Origin: Phaeosaccion multiseriatum
Taxonomy: Eukaryota > Protista > Ochrophyta, other classes
Reading direction: 5' to 3'
NCBI GenBank assembly: GCA_965112735.1
Contig: OZ218953.1
Span: forward strand, 5,146,001-5,210,000
DNA: 64,000 nt
This document shows, piece after piece, positions 33,071 to 45,255 of the stretch. The notes below the pieces were generated by a model. The model did no database searches. It was not told where the DNA came from and saw only the letters and a program-made list of their open reading frames with translations. Made by a program: the position numbers and the translations under genes. How positions within the stretch are numbered: the stretch's first letter is position 1; each line of letters opens with the position of its first letter.

Positions 33071-33627
33071 GTCGCCCACGAGTCTGGCAATAAACATCTC
33101 CGTACATTTTGCTGGCGTCGGCGCGACGCAGTCAAACGAGAGAAGCCACCGGGTCCGCAGTGAGAAAGAGCCAGAAGTAGGGGCAGAAAGGGGGGAGTGT
33201 CGGTGGTGAGGGTGGGGAGGGTGACAGCGAAGTGTGTTGAGCAGCAAGCGAGGGAGGAGTAGGGAGACGGGGCCAAAGGCTGAGAGCACTCCAGGTCTAG
33301 CCTGAAACAAGGCTGCAAACCCTCCCTCTTTGGGGGGGGGGTGGGCCCTTTTGCTCACCAACGGCAGACAACGTGTCCTGTCGGATTCGGCCAAAGCCTT
33401 CGTCCTCGATGGCTATTTGCTTGATACACGTCTGGAAAGAAGCGAAAGGTATCAGAGGGGAGGCGGAGAGCGAGACGTAAGGCCCAGAGAGCAGGAGGAA
33501 ATCGGAAGACGAAGCCCAGGGAAAGGAGAAGGAGGCCCCTTCTCCTCCATCTTCTTTGCATGTGCGGATACTGGCTTACCGACGAGATAAGACTCTTGCC
33601 CGGGCTCTTTCCCTTGGGCTTCGCCAT
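32235..33627 (-). CDS. Histone-fold protein, NC2alpha (DRAP1/Bur6) / NF-YC / DPB3-like, 4 exons
   Basis: GT-AG introns join in frame (last intron 32722-32879) to give MAKPKGKSPGKSLISS|TCIKQIAIEDEGFGRIRQDTLSAV|AKCTEMFIARLVGDT...EPKD|IKKAVDRIDRYDFLRDLV. This matches the H2A-like fold pattern IKKIM..DE.VG.I......vsKa.ElF...L and the C-terminal FDFL.D.V motif. Low-complexity acidic tail. Confidence 0.75.
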
Positions 33628-34026
33628 CAACTCCCGGCTTATATACTGTAGGTTTGTTTCTAGTTTGAAGGGGGGGGGGACGAGATTTCGCCGTGCAAGC
33701 GCACGGTGGCGGCAGTCTGGAGACTAAGGTGGATAGAACTCTCTACGTCTCGCTTGCTTGCTTGTACTTGCAATTGATGATGGAAGGAAAAAGCAATCAT
33801 TATATTACGGAAGGAAGCCATGAAGTGCCATCGCCAAACTGAAACGGAAACTGATTTTGCTCTCGAGCCCCACACGCTTTCAAGGCGCTTTCTCTCGTCT
33901 TTTGCGCAGCAAGGAGGAGGTGGGGCTCCCATAATGCCCTCCCCACTCTCTCTCGAGGGAGCAGAGGAGGGAAAAGCGAATACGAGAAGCAGCAGCAGCA
34001 GCAGTGGTAGCAAAAGTAGGAGGGGC

Positions 34027-37000
34027 ATGAAAAAGAGCGGGGACTCAGGCCAGATTGCAGACGGCAGCGCTGCGCTGCTCCTCTTTGTTCTCGCTAGTAG
34101 TTCCCTTTTACACTCCAGCTCTGGCTTCCACCAGTTAGTACCATTTCGAGGCACTGATGGAAGTCACTCTCATGGCTGCAGCACCAACGACAGGACCAGC
34201 CATCTTCACCGCAAGTCAGGAGCAGCATCAGGAAGGACCATTGGGCGTACTGATACTCGAGGGACCGTTAGAGACCGATGGAGGCTGATGGCCACGACGG
34301 ATGTGGGGGGGGCGGATGGGGGCGACCCTGCAGGAGGAGGAGCAGCGGTAGCAGAAGTAGCACGAGAAGCAGGAGGACCTAGCTCAAAGAAAGGACCAAG
34401 GAGGGGAACAGGAGGAGGTAGCGGACGGGCAAGCCGAGGAGGAAGGGGAAGAGGGAGAGGGGGAAGCGGAAGAGGAAGAGGAGCGAGTGGAAACCGAGGG
34501 AGAGCAGCGAGTGGAGGCCGAGGCAGCGGAAGCGGAAGAGGGAATAGAAGAGTAACAAGGGAAGGGCGGCAAGTATGGGATCGGCGTACGAGCCATACGC
34601 TTTGTGCAAAGCTCAAGATGCTGGCGACGGAGAAGGCAGGGCCAAAGAAAGTGAAGGAGCTCATTGCGCAGGTGCAGGCCAAGGGATATACCCTAACGAC
34701 CTGGGACTACAACGCCGCCTTCACTGCACTAGGCGCGTCGGGTCACGCCGGCGAGGTCAGGAAGCTCTTTGCAAAGATGATGACCAGCGAGGAGAGGACG
34801 AAACCGACCACCTACACATATGGCGTTCTCGTCGCAGCCCACCGAGAAGCAGCTGGCCCGGAGAGCAGCAAGGCAGACGCCGCCATGTACTTGTTGAAGA
34901 TGATGCAAGAAGAGGCCCGTGATGCTCCGTGGTTGCACGGTTCCATGTACACCGATGTGATTGCAGCGTGCGCGGAGGAGGGTGCGTCCAAGCTCCCTGA
35001 GGCTTTGCGTGTTATAGAGAGCATGTGGGCTGAGGTCGACAAGGAGCAGGAGACGAGGGAGAGGCAGAGGCAGACGGACTTGGCCAACTACGCAAAGATG
35101 CTCGAAGCGAAGGCAGCTGCCGCCAAGGAGGGGAAAGAAGTAGAAGTTGTCGAGGAGGATGAGGCGCAGGCGGCGAAAAGGGAGCGCAAGAGACTCAAAC
35201 AGTTGGAGAAGAGGAAGTTGGATAGGGACCGAAAGAGGAAGGAGAAACAGGACAAGAAGGGGGGGAAGAGAGTGCCGGTGAAGAGGGTGGTGGGGCCTGT
35301 CAAGCCCAACGCGATGCACTACAACGCAGCCATTCAGGGGTGCTGTGCAGCGGGGCAGATCGACGTGGGCGTGCAGGTGAGTGGAGCAGGGCGAGGTACG
35401 GTCAATCAGGCATGCATTTTGCTGTGGCGGGCTCTGTTCTTGTGCATGCATTCATCACTTGAGTTTATTCCTTTCTCCGCTCCCTCACGCATATGCCCTC
35501 CTTCCCCACATGCATATATGCTTACGTACATACATACATACATACACACACATACATACATACATACATACACACACATACATACATACATACATACATA
35601 CATACATACATACATCAAACATACATATACATACATACATACATACACAGCTCATCAAAGCCATGAAGGAGAAGGGCGTTGAGCCTGACGGCGTGAGCTA
35701 CGGACAAATCATCTACGCTTGTCTGGAGCGCGAAATGCCAACAAAGGCGATGGAGGTGGCGGAAGAGATGCTGGCCGAGGGCAAGGGAGGCATGTCAATG
35801 AAGGCGGAATGGGACCCTGTGGAACGGACTTATTCGCCACCGGAGCCTAGGCCTAGTTTCTTCGGTTACAACGCTGCCATCTCGGCCGCGGGTAAGGCGG
35901 GTCAGGGGAAGCGAGCACTAGAGTTTGTCGCTGACATGTGGGCGCAAGGCCTGGAGCCCAGCAGGGTGTGCTACTGCACCGCTATGGATGCGTTAGGCCG
36001 GGCAGGCAAGTGTGATGCTGCCGTCAAGCTGCTGCGAGACATGCAGGAGAGGGCGTCGCAGCAGGGCGCCAAGAGAAGGGTAGAGATCGCCAGGACCACA
36101 CCCAACCACGCGGCCATTGAGGAGGGACTCATCGCCTTTGTGCCGGATGTGAATTGCTACAACACGGCAATGCAGACCTGTGCCAACGCGGGCGAGTACG
36201 GCATGGCATTGGAGCTGCTGGGGGAGATGCAGGAGAAGAAAATGGCCCCCGATGTGTGGTCCTTCGTCACCGCCCTCAAGGCGTTTGGCAGGGTCAAGTC
36301 GATGCAGCAGCAGCGCTCCGCCGCTGCCAGTCTCCTGGAGAAGCTGTGGGAGGCCTTCAACGCCTCTGGGCAGAAGCCTGACGTGAGAATCTTCACCGCC
36401 AGCATTGCGTGCTGTAACACTTTTAAGGACTTCGAGGGAGCCATGAGACTAAGAAGAGAGATGAAGGCGGTGGGGGTGACGCCCACTGTAGTGACGTACG
36501 GTGCGCTGCTCAACGCTTGTGCCATTGGGGGCAGGGGGGACGAGGCGGTGGTGCTGCTGAAAGAGATGGACGACGCAGGCATCAAGCCGAACGAGATTTG
36601 CTACAACTCGGCAATTGTGGCCTCGGGCCTCTGGCGCGATGTGGACTTGATCACGGCACTATTTACGGCCTGCCAAGCCCAAGGGATGGCGGACACCAGG
36701 AACTACTGCGCTGCCATTACTGCGTACGGCAGGGCCGGGCACCACCTCCTGGCTCTGGACGTGTTGGAGGAATTGCGAGCAGAGAGCAAGAGACAAAAGG
36801 AGGAGGGTGACCGCAGCAGCAGTGAGGGAGGAGGAAGGAGTGGAGCAGCAGCAGGCGGTGGTACCCGTGGCGGGATGCGGTCAAAGTCACAGCTGGTGGC
36901 CTCCAAGTGGAGCTACAACTGCGCCATTGACGCATGCTGTCAGGCGGGGGCCCACGAAAAGGCCATCTTTGTGCTCAAGTACATGGCAGATGGTGGCGCT

Positions 37001-37393
37001 CCGCCGGACTTTGTCTCTTACAACACCATCATCAACAGCCTTCAGCTCAACGGCCTCTACGATAGGGCCGCGGGACTCCAGAAGGAGATGAAGAGCAAGG
37101 GGCTACGAGAGGTTGTGAGAGGAGCAGCCAGGCCACCACGGACCGGACCCTTTGTGGTAGAGGAGGAGGACTTTAGCCTGGCTGCTGCTGCAGCCTCTGC
37201 CACCATGCGCAATGATGGAGGAGAGGGGGGGGGGAGGGGTAGTGGAGGGAGAGGGAGAGGAGGAGGGAGGGGGAGAGGGAGAGGGGGAGCAGGGGGAGGG
37301 GGCCGCGACTACCAGTGGGATTCGGAGTGGCAAGACCCCTTAGAGATGGAGGGGGAGGACGAAGCATTGGCCTTTTTGGCGGGGATGACCTGA
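34027..37393 (+). CDS. Pentatricopeptide repeat (PPR) protein, probably plastid-targeted, 2 exons (intron 35377-35650)
   Basis: At least 10 35-aa repeats, e.g. PTVVTYGALLNACAIGGRGDEAVVLLKEMDDAGIKPNEICYNSAI and PDVNCYNTAMQTCANAGEYGMALELLGEMQEKKM. The GTGAGT...CAG intron joins ORFs 33820+ and 35381+ in frame. The N-terminus from ATG 34027 has a hydrophobic stretch followed by SSG-F (ASAFAP-like). In-frame upstream ATGs exist (33820), so the start is uncertain. Confidence 0.9.
35526..35648. repeat. (TACA)n microsatellite in the PPR intron
   Basis: tacatacatacatac... directly upstream of the acceptor at 35650. Confidence 0.9.
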
Positions 37394-37809
37394 GCACTCA
37401 GGCTGAGCTGTCAGGGAGGGAGGGAGGGAGGAGGGGGAGGGATCTAGGGCAGAGGGGGGCGGGCGCTGGTGGGGGTTTTGGTACAGGAGCGAGCGAGTGA
37501 GCGAGCGGGGGGCACAGCTGTGTAGGGGGAGGAGGAGGAGGAGGAGGAGGAGGAGGAGGAGGAGGAGGAGGAGGAGGAAGAAGAAGAAGGAAGGAAGGAA
37601 GGAAGGCGCGCCAGGAGGTTAGAAACTCGATTTAGGGGAAATTACAAATGTACCGTGGCATAGGACATATCCCCCCCTCTCAGGGCAATCCATTTTTAAT
37701 CTTCCTCTCCTCAACTCTACTCTGGAGATGCCGAAAAGCCGAAAAGGGTATGTACAGATCGCGGTATGGGCCGCTTTGTGGGTGCGTGCGAGCGTGCGAG
37801 CCCGTGTCG

Positions 37810-40275
37810 TCATACCCCGAGGGAAGCACCCGCACCCGGACCCTCGACTTCTGAGTCCGCAGCTGCTGTATCACCAACTGCTGTTGCTTCTGCCCCCGCT
37901 GCTTGCTCCGGCTCTACCACAACTGCCGCAGCTGCTGTATCACCAACTGCTGCTGCTGCTGCTTCTACCCCCGCGGCTTGCTCGGACTCTACCACCGCGG
38001 CTGCATTTTGTTGCCTCCGACTGTGGCCGCGTCCAACGGCCTGAATCTTGACAGCCGCCTCCAATCGCCGAGCCGCGAACCAAAGCAACCTCTGCCTCCG
38101 TTCGAGGCGCATGCGAGTGCTCATCCCTCTGAATCGGCACTGAATCACCGCCGCATTCGCATCCCGTAGGCTGTCTTCCACCGACCGCCAGCGCTTGCTG
38201 TTCTCGTACTGCCTATATGCCCTCGCTATGGTGCAAGCCGCTGCACCGGCAAGATTGGTCTGTCGGGTGGACCATCGCCGCCTGGCCTCATTCCTGCCCA
38301 AGTAGCCCCGGACCAGCGATGTTATCTGGGCAGCAAGTAACAGGCGCAACATCGGGGCGAGGGCGAAGATGTGAGTGAGTGAGTGAGTGAGTGAGTGAGC
38401 GAGGAGGTGACACGACACAAGACCAGACAGGCATGAGGGAGTGATACAGCAGGGGGAAGGCCTGTTGGGGGGTGTTAAATGCACTCATAGAGAGAGGGAG
38501 AAAGGGGAAGAAAGGAGGGGGGGAGGGAGGCAGGGAGAGAGAGGAAGAGAGAGAGAGAGAGAGAGCGAGGGAGGGAGCAAGAGAGAGAGCGCGCGCGAGA
38601 GAAACGATGGAGAGAGCGCGAGAGAGAGAAAGGGAAGCAGAGCGTGCGAAGCCAATGCGAGAAACATCGCCCCACCTGCGTGGCGGCTGCGTCCTCAAGT
38701 GCCCTCTTCTTACGGTTCCCTGCTCGCCGGAACAGTCCACGCGATAGCGGCTTGCCGTTTAGATCCAAACCGGGTACAGTGGGAAGGCTCGCCCTAGTTC
38801 AGCACAAGCAAACAAACAAGCAAACAAAGAGAAGCAACAAAGCTTGACGTAAGTACTGCACCGAAAAGGTGATGATGACGAAAATAGTCTCCACTCGGAA
38901 ACAGCTGCTGTGTGTGTGTGCTTGTGTGCGCCTCGCCTCCGTCTCCGTCTCCGTCTCCCTCTCTCTCACCTGCTGAGCGCCCTCTGCAAATCCGCGAGGA
39001 GTCTCTGATTCTCCTCCTCCTGAAGTGGTGCCAGAGCACGCAGACAGAGAAGGAGAAGGGCGCTTTGCGTAAGCAGAGATGGGCAGATGCTAGATAGAAA
39101 GTAGATACAACCTATCAGAGCTCTCCGTACAGGTGATCAGTAGCCCTTGTAGAGCTGTAGAGAGGTAGAGCGGCTTGGGTGGTGTACCCACTTTAGAAGC
39201 CCTAAGCTCCTGAGGACCGCCATCTGCCACCATCTCATCCACAGAGGGGGCACCTACGGGCCTTGTATGGTGTGCTCACTCGCCCCTCCCCCCTCCCCTC
39301 ACTCACCTTGGTCACCACTCTTCTTTGCCGGGGCCGCTTGGGTCGAGGCCTGCCCAAGTACCCTCGAAAATTTGCCTACAACAGACACATGCAAACCAGG
39401 GAAGGTGAAGGGGAGAGGAAGGGGACGGAAGTGATTGATAGAGGCATCAGCAGACAGAACGGACTTCATAACCGAAGCGGAGAAGGAAGGGAAAACAAAA
39501 AAAGAGTGCCACACCCCAACCAGGTGTAGACTCGATTCCTTATAGATCAGAAGGTGAGGCTTCAAGTTACATGTCCATCCTCCTCCTCCCCCTCCTCCCC
39601 CTCCTCCTCCTCCTCCTCCTCCTCCTCCTCCTCCTCCTCCTCTCCCGTTCCCCTCATCTTCTCCAGCAAACGCAAATTGGACGGGTACGACGTACGTAAG
39701 GACTGGTGCTCTCAAGTGCATCAACCCATCCTGTCTGTACGACGGTTGGTAGTACATGTACGAACCTGTATGAGGGTAGCTGCGAAAGTCTCCAGCTGCA
39801 CACGGTCCTCCCTCTCTTGGGTAAGTCTCTCTATGAAGTTGCTCTGCTCCACCATGAGCTCTTTGTTGCGCTTGTGCCGAGACACCAGCGCCCGCCTGTG
39901 GTGTGGTCAGTGGTCATTGGTCGGTCCGTTGTCGGTGGTGGTCGGTGATGGGTCGATCGGGACAGACAGGCCAGTAAAGCTGAGCAGGATACCAACCTCC
40001 CTCTCAAGTCATGGTAAGTCAGTCGGTCATTCAGTCGGCCAGTCAGTCAATCGTCGCACCATCTCTCTCGAGTCAAGGCCCACACACATGCCCTTCCCCT
40101 GCCTCCCCCCCGCGCACGCACCCACGCACCTCGCTGCCACGCCCGTCAGAGCCGCCGGGTTGACTTGTGCGTGAATGGCGTTATCGGAGTCGTAAATCTG
40201 GGCGTACGGTAAGTGGCACTGAATTCGCCGCCGCTCGCCATTCCGGAGAGCGCCGAGCGGCAGAGACTGCGTAGC

Positions 40276-40320
<45 letters not shown>

Positions 40321-41273
40321 AAGAGTAGCGACAAGCGACAAGAGCAACAGAGGAAGGAGGCGAGACACGGGAGCCAGCAGCAAACCCGAGGGAGAGGTAG
40401 CAAAGCCCATCAAGCACGGTGTCAGAGAGAGGAGGAGCGGTGTGTTACGGCGAGGGCGTGCACAGGGCTGCCTTTAGTGGAGGAGAAGAGGGAGGAGGAG
40501 GGATAAGCGGAGACGAGACGGTCTCAGAGTCGCGCCAAGTCCAGAGTCCGCCGGTGCTTGTCCGATGTCTGAGTCAGTCTGCTGGCCGTGCCTCAAGAGG
40601 TAAAGGGAGGTCAGCATGTGTGTGTGAGTTGTATCAGTGTGGTCCCCTAACAGCAAGATTTCACTCACACCCTCTTCTAAATGCATACCTTCTGCAGGTT
40701 GGCGTCGCAGACTTTAGTGGTGTTGGTGGTGGACATGACGTCCACGGTAGTGGTCCGGCTACCGTAAATGTACAGCGTTGGAGAAATAGGTAGCTCTCGT
40801 CTGCTCGAAAACAGTAGAGAAATGAGAGACAAGAGGGGGGGGGGAGTCGGAGCTTAGCCTCACGCGATGCGCTGGGAGCAGCGGCTGGAGCAGCGTAGAG
40901 TTGGACAGGCACACGAATAATGAGCCTGGCGAGGGTCAACCTCCCACTCTTTGTCTGTAGGTACGCCGGCTGCGACGAGAACGTGCTTGCTTACTCACCT
41001 CGTTGGCACCAGCAAGAGGTCTTTGTGGGCGCTGAACGCCAAAGCATCTGACTGCTCAGGTAACTCAGCTGCCGCATCCTTCTCCTCTGAGCCTTCTCCC
41101 TCTGGTATGTCATGCCCTTCCTCCGTTTGTACGTCTTTGGACTCTTCTCTCCCAACCAGAAGGGCAGACGGGGTAGCACATGCTAATGCCTCCTCTGCAG
41201 CACCGCTCCTTGGTCCTTCTCGCCCCCCCACGATCAGAGGCGACACATCCTGACCCGCATTCACCACCTCCAT
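37810..41273 (-). CDS. IQ-motif (calmodulin-binding) protein, about 8 exons
   Basis: Exons join in frame across GT-AG introns and rebuild IQ motifs split by introns: AATLIQ|ANFRGYLGR and AATQ|ITSLVRGYLGR. Also AAVIQCRFRGMSTR and AAVKIQAVGRGHSRR. The C-terminus has two imperfect tandem repeats (VVESEQAAGVEA...VGDTAAA). The start ATG at 41273 is inferred. Confidence 0.72.
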
Positions 41274-41588
41274 CTCCTTGTGCGGGCCGGTTACCGAAAG
41301 AGATTTCTTCCCCTCCCACCTCGACCCTTTTCCCCTAAAATGGTGGGTCCTATCTGAGAAGCTTCCAGCATCCTTGTCGCCGCATGGAGATGGGTACGTA
41401 TAGACCAGAAGACGCAAAGCTTACTGTCATTGTCGAGAGCTCTCCAAGCTCTCCTCTCTTCCTCTTCTCTCTCCTCCCTCTGATTCCCTCTCTCCGAGTT
41501 TCCGTTAGGGGGCAGGCGAGCTGAAACTGATACCAAAGAAGTAGAGTAAGTCACAGAAGCCTTCAGACGACTCAGACAAGATCAAGCG

Positions 41589-44500
41589 ATGGCGAAGAAG
41601 GTGTTGGTTATGGTGGGGGGGGCACTGTGCTTCTGCTCCACTGGCCGGGGTTTCATGCTCCAGCCAGTGGCAGTGCCCCACTCATGTGCAAGGTGAGTGT
41701 GCGGCACTTTGCTCGGTCCCATCTTCTCCCCTCGCGTCCCTTTTGATGCTGGCACTGGTTGTTGCTTTCCTCTCCGCGTTCGCTCTCTCCTGCTTGTCTC
41801 CTTCCTCCTTACGCCAGTAGCCGAGATCGCCCGCGCGGAGGAGGCGCGGTGCGTACCCAAAGCCCGCTCTGCTCGCCTCCCTCACCCCGTGCCCCTCCGT
41901 CCTCCCTCGTGCTAAGCGCGAAGCGTAAGTCGCTCGTCAACGAGCTCACGTAAGTACGCCTCGGCGTCGCAATTGTGGCCTCGGGCATCCGTGGTGTCTT
42001 TCCGGGCATCCGTGTGCTGCAGTCAGTCAAGCTTAATTGACATGAGCTTAACATGAGTGTCCTTTACTCGGCTCGAGGTGAAAGTCCCTTGCTTCAACCT
42101 TTCCCTCTCGTGACTCCACCTTTCTTTTTCCTCCCACCGCAGGGACGATATGGAGCCAGTCAGTGGGAAAGAAGGAGGAGAGGCCGAAGGAGAAGAGGAG
42201 GAGGAAGAGGGAGAGGGAGAGGCCCCACAAATCTTTGGAACCGACAGGTGCGTGCATACATACGCTGTATACTCGGCCCCAGGCGAGGTTTCTCTGGCAC
42301 CTGGCTTCTGGGCCGTAGCCACCTCCTGGCTTCGGGCTTCTGGCTTCTCAGGCTGGGAGAAAACAAGAAATTAAGGGGGGGGGGGGCTCGCTGCTGGCCT
42401 GCTGGCTTCTGAAGCCGCAGGCCCAGCCCCTGGCTTCTTGCTTTCGGCCGCAGGCCGCCTCTGGCTTCTGCTTATCGGGGGGCAGAGAACCCTCGCCTGG
42501 AGCCGAGTAATACCCATGAGGAGGAACAAGCTGGGAAAGAAATATATAAGGGATTAAATAGAGGTCTGGGTAGAGCAGGAGATCATAGTGAGCAGAAACT
42601 AATACTCTCCCCCCTCCCCCCTCCCTCCCTGTCTCTTCCCTCGGCGTTCACTCTCGCTCTTGCGCAGATTACTGGCGGAGGCCAAGACGCCTTGGCGATC
42701 GGTGAGTCGTGGACGGACGAGAGGGACAGGAGGACGGGAGGGAGGGTGGCAGGAAGAACGCTCTTCTCTTGAAAGATACGGGTGACCAAATTAACGACTC
42801 CCTCCCTCCCTCCCTCCCTCCCTCCCTCCCTCACGTGTTCCCGGTGCTTGCCCCCTTCCTCTTTGTCGCCATCACCAGATTCGTATCTTCGTATTTAGCG
42901 CCTTTGGGCTGTCGTCCCTCGTTGGCGGACTCACCGCCGCGACTCAGCTGGCAGCTTCTATAGCGAAGCAGCCTGATGCCTTGCCCCTTCAACAGTGCCT
43001 CATCAACGTTGCGGTTGACGTTGGCGTCTTTGCGACGTCTGTGTTCGCAGTCAACTTCGAAGTGTGAGTATTCACTGATCAGCTACCTGCATGGACTACC
43101 ACAGTGCGTGTTGCCTCGTTCTTGCTCACCTTCCGCAGCTGTTCTCTGAAGACGGGGTGGAGAGCCTGAGTGGGAGACCACAGTCAAGGGCTAAGCTGAG
43201 TGCGGGCGTTTGTCTCCTATGTTGCCGGCTTTGTCCCTCCCTTCTTCTTCTTTTATGTTGAGTACTCTGTGTGTGAGCAGCTATCCAACCTGCTTGGTGC
43301 TCTCGGCTGCTGCTTCGAAGCTTACGCCTCGCTCCTGTATGTATGCGCCCAACCGAACAATACCGACCAACCAAGCAACCACTAGCCACCCACCCAACCA
43401 ACGAACCCAACGCACCCCAACCAACTACACAGTCAAGCGAAGAAGATGGTGGAGGAGACCACTGCCCGCGCACGGGAGACGAAGAAGAAGGTCGAGGCCA
43501 CAAAGGTCACAAGCGACGTCAACCAGATGCGAGTGGCAGAGCTTGAGAAGGTGAGAGAAAGAGAGGAGAGAGAGGAGGGGGGGTCGCTGAGGCGGGAGTG
43601 AAAGAACGAAAGTGGGGGAGTGAGTGGAGTGGAGTTGAGTGGAGTTAATAGTCTTGTGTTGAAGTCTTAACCCTCTTCCAAAAATTTCAGACCACACAGG
43701 CTCATTCTTGTTGGCTCGTTGCACACATTCTCACGGAAGAAACGGAAGAAAAGAAGGGCGTCCCCACCCTCCCCTCCATCCATGCCACCATGTAACCCAT
43801 ACCCTATGCCCCATACCGCATCGTTTCAACCGTCGCATTCATTTGAATTTCAGTGCTTTGTGCAGCTGAACCTGGACAAGGAGACCAAAAAGGTGGTGGC
43901 GCTTGGCGAATTGATGAAGGGGGCCAAGCAAGATGTTGTCCTCGTGGTTGGAACTCCGGTGAGTGAGTGAGTGGGTGGGTGAGTGAGTGAGTGAGTGAGT
44001 GAGTGAGTGAGTGAGTGAGTGGGTGAGTGAGTGAGTGAGTGAGTGAGTGAGTGAGTGAATGAGTGAGTGAGTAAGTGAGTGAGTGAGTGAGTGAGTGAGT
44101 GAGTGGGTGAGTGAGTGGGTGGGTGAGTGAGGGAGTGAGGGAGTGAGTGAGTGAGTGGGTGGGTGAGTAAGTGAGTGAGTGAGTGAGTGAGTGAGTGAGT
44201 GAGTGGGTGAGTGAGTGGGTGGGTGAGTGAGGGAGTGAGGGAGTGAGTGAGTGAGTGGGTGGGTGAGTAAGTGAGGGCCTATAGACTAGGGCATGGCGGG
44301 TGGTGGTGCCGCGTGTCAGACCGGTCTGATTCGGTCTGACTGGGGCAGGCTGGGAAGCAACCAAAACCCGAGGCAAATGAAGGAGTTGAGGTTTGGGCTC
44401 CCCTCGGCTCTATTGTCGGCTCGCCCCGTCCTTCCGTGGTGTGTTTTGTGTCCTTCTTTTGGCCATGGTCGCATGGGGTTCCGTGTGTTTGTATGTGTGT

Positions 44501-44993
44501 ATGTATATGTGATGTGATGTTGTCCTCTCTCGGCACACCTGCCCCGTCGCCCTCACCCTCACCCTCCTCTCGTCTCTCCGCGTGCTGTGCGCCCCCACCC
44601 ACTCACTCACCCCGCCGCAAGACCTACGTTGATGACTGCATTTTGCAAGCCATGACGGGCGACGACAACCCCTTTGTCAATCGCAACTTGATCGCAGTGC
44701 CCGTTACCATGGACTTCACATCCACCTCTGCCGCCGCGAGTGATAAAGGATTTGCCTTACCCGGGCTGCCGGGAGGAAGGCCCAAGTACTTCCAAGGCTA
44801 TGTGGCAGAGCCGGACGATATTAACCCCTTCCGACAAATTATGGAAGGCGAGTTTCAGGACGCGGAACGGCAGGGGGTAACCAACGCTCGGGAAGAAGGC
44901 CTCATCATCTCTCTGAGCCGCAAGGGCAAGATTTTGAGAAGGGGTCTGGGTCAACCGAAGTGGGATGTAATCAAGGGGGATTTCTCCGTTTGA
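41589..44993 (+). CDS. LPA1: LPA1-like (Low PSII Accumulation 1, DUF3493) thylakoid protein, 8 exons
   Basis: Spliced product includes RLLAEAKTPWRS|IRIFVFSAFGLSSLVGG...INVAVDVGVFA (DUF3493 with two TM helices) and C-terminal LIISLSRKGKILRRGLGQPKWDVI, matching the LPA1 C-terminal I.l...G.v.r.G.G.P.W motif. N-terminus MAKKVLVMVGGALCFCSTGRG-FML is a bipartite plastid presequence. All introns checked are in phase. Confidence 0.82.
42270..42509. mobile_element. MITE-like element (about 240 bp) in an LPA1 intron
   Basis: 27-nt terminal inverted repeats with 2 mismatches: TACTCGGCCCCAGGCGAGGTTTCTCTG ... CAGAGAACCCTCGCCTGGAGCCGAGTA. TA at both ends. No coding capacity. Internal CTGGCTTC repeats. Confidence 0.72.
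43959..44275 (+). repeat. (GTGA)n microsatellite beginning at a 5' splice site, with a 100-nt higher-order duplication
   Basis: The array starts at donor GTGAGT (43959). The variant block at 44101-44175 recurs at 44201-44275. Confidence 0.92.
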
Positions 44994-45255
44994 GTCAGCG
45001 AGCCCCGGAATGAAGCGAATGAAGCCGCACCCGTACGAGGTGGGGGCGGTGGGTGAGCAGTGGTGTCGTGAGTAGTGGGGACAGAGCTTGGCATGGCGCC
45101 GGACAGCGAGGGAGGAGGAGGGGACTTTATTAGACTCTTTTGGCAAAGATGCTTTCTTTTTTATTGGGGCAAGAGGTGTGTTTTTTGAGTAGTCATTTTC
45201 TAGAGTAGAACATTAGACAGAGGAAAGAGGAATGTCGTTTTAGAGTAGTCGTTTC

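Noticed and set aside
43804-44376. 190-aa (HSLT)n ORF and similar (YIHT)n, (CV)n, (LS)n ORFs elsewhere
   Set aside because: Translations of intronic microsatellites.
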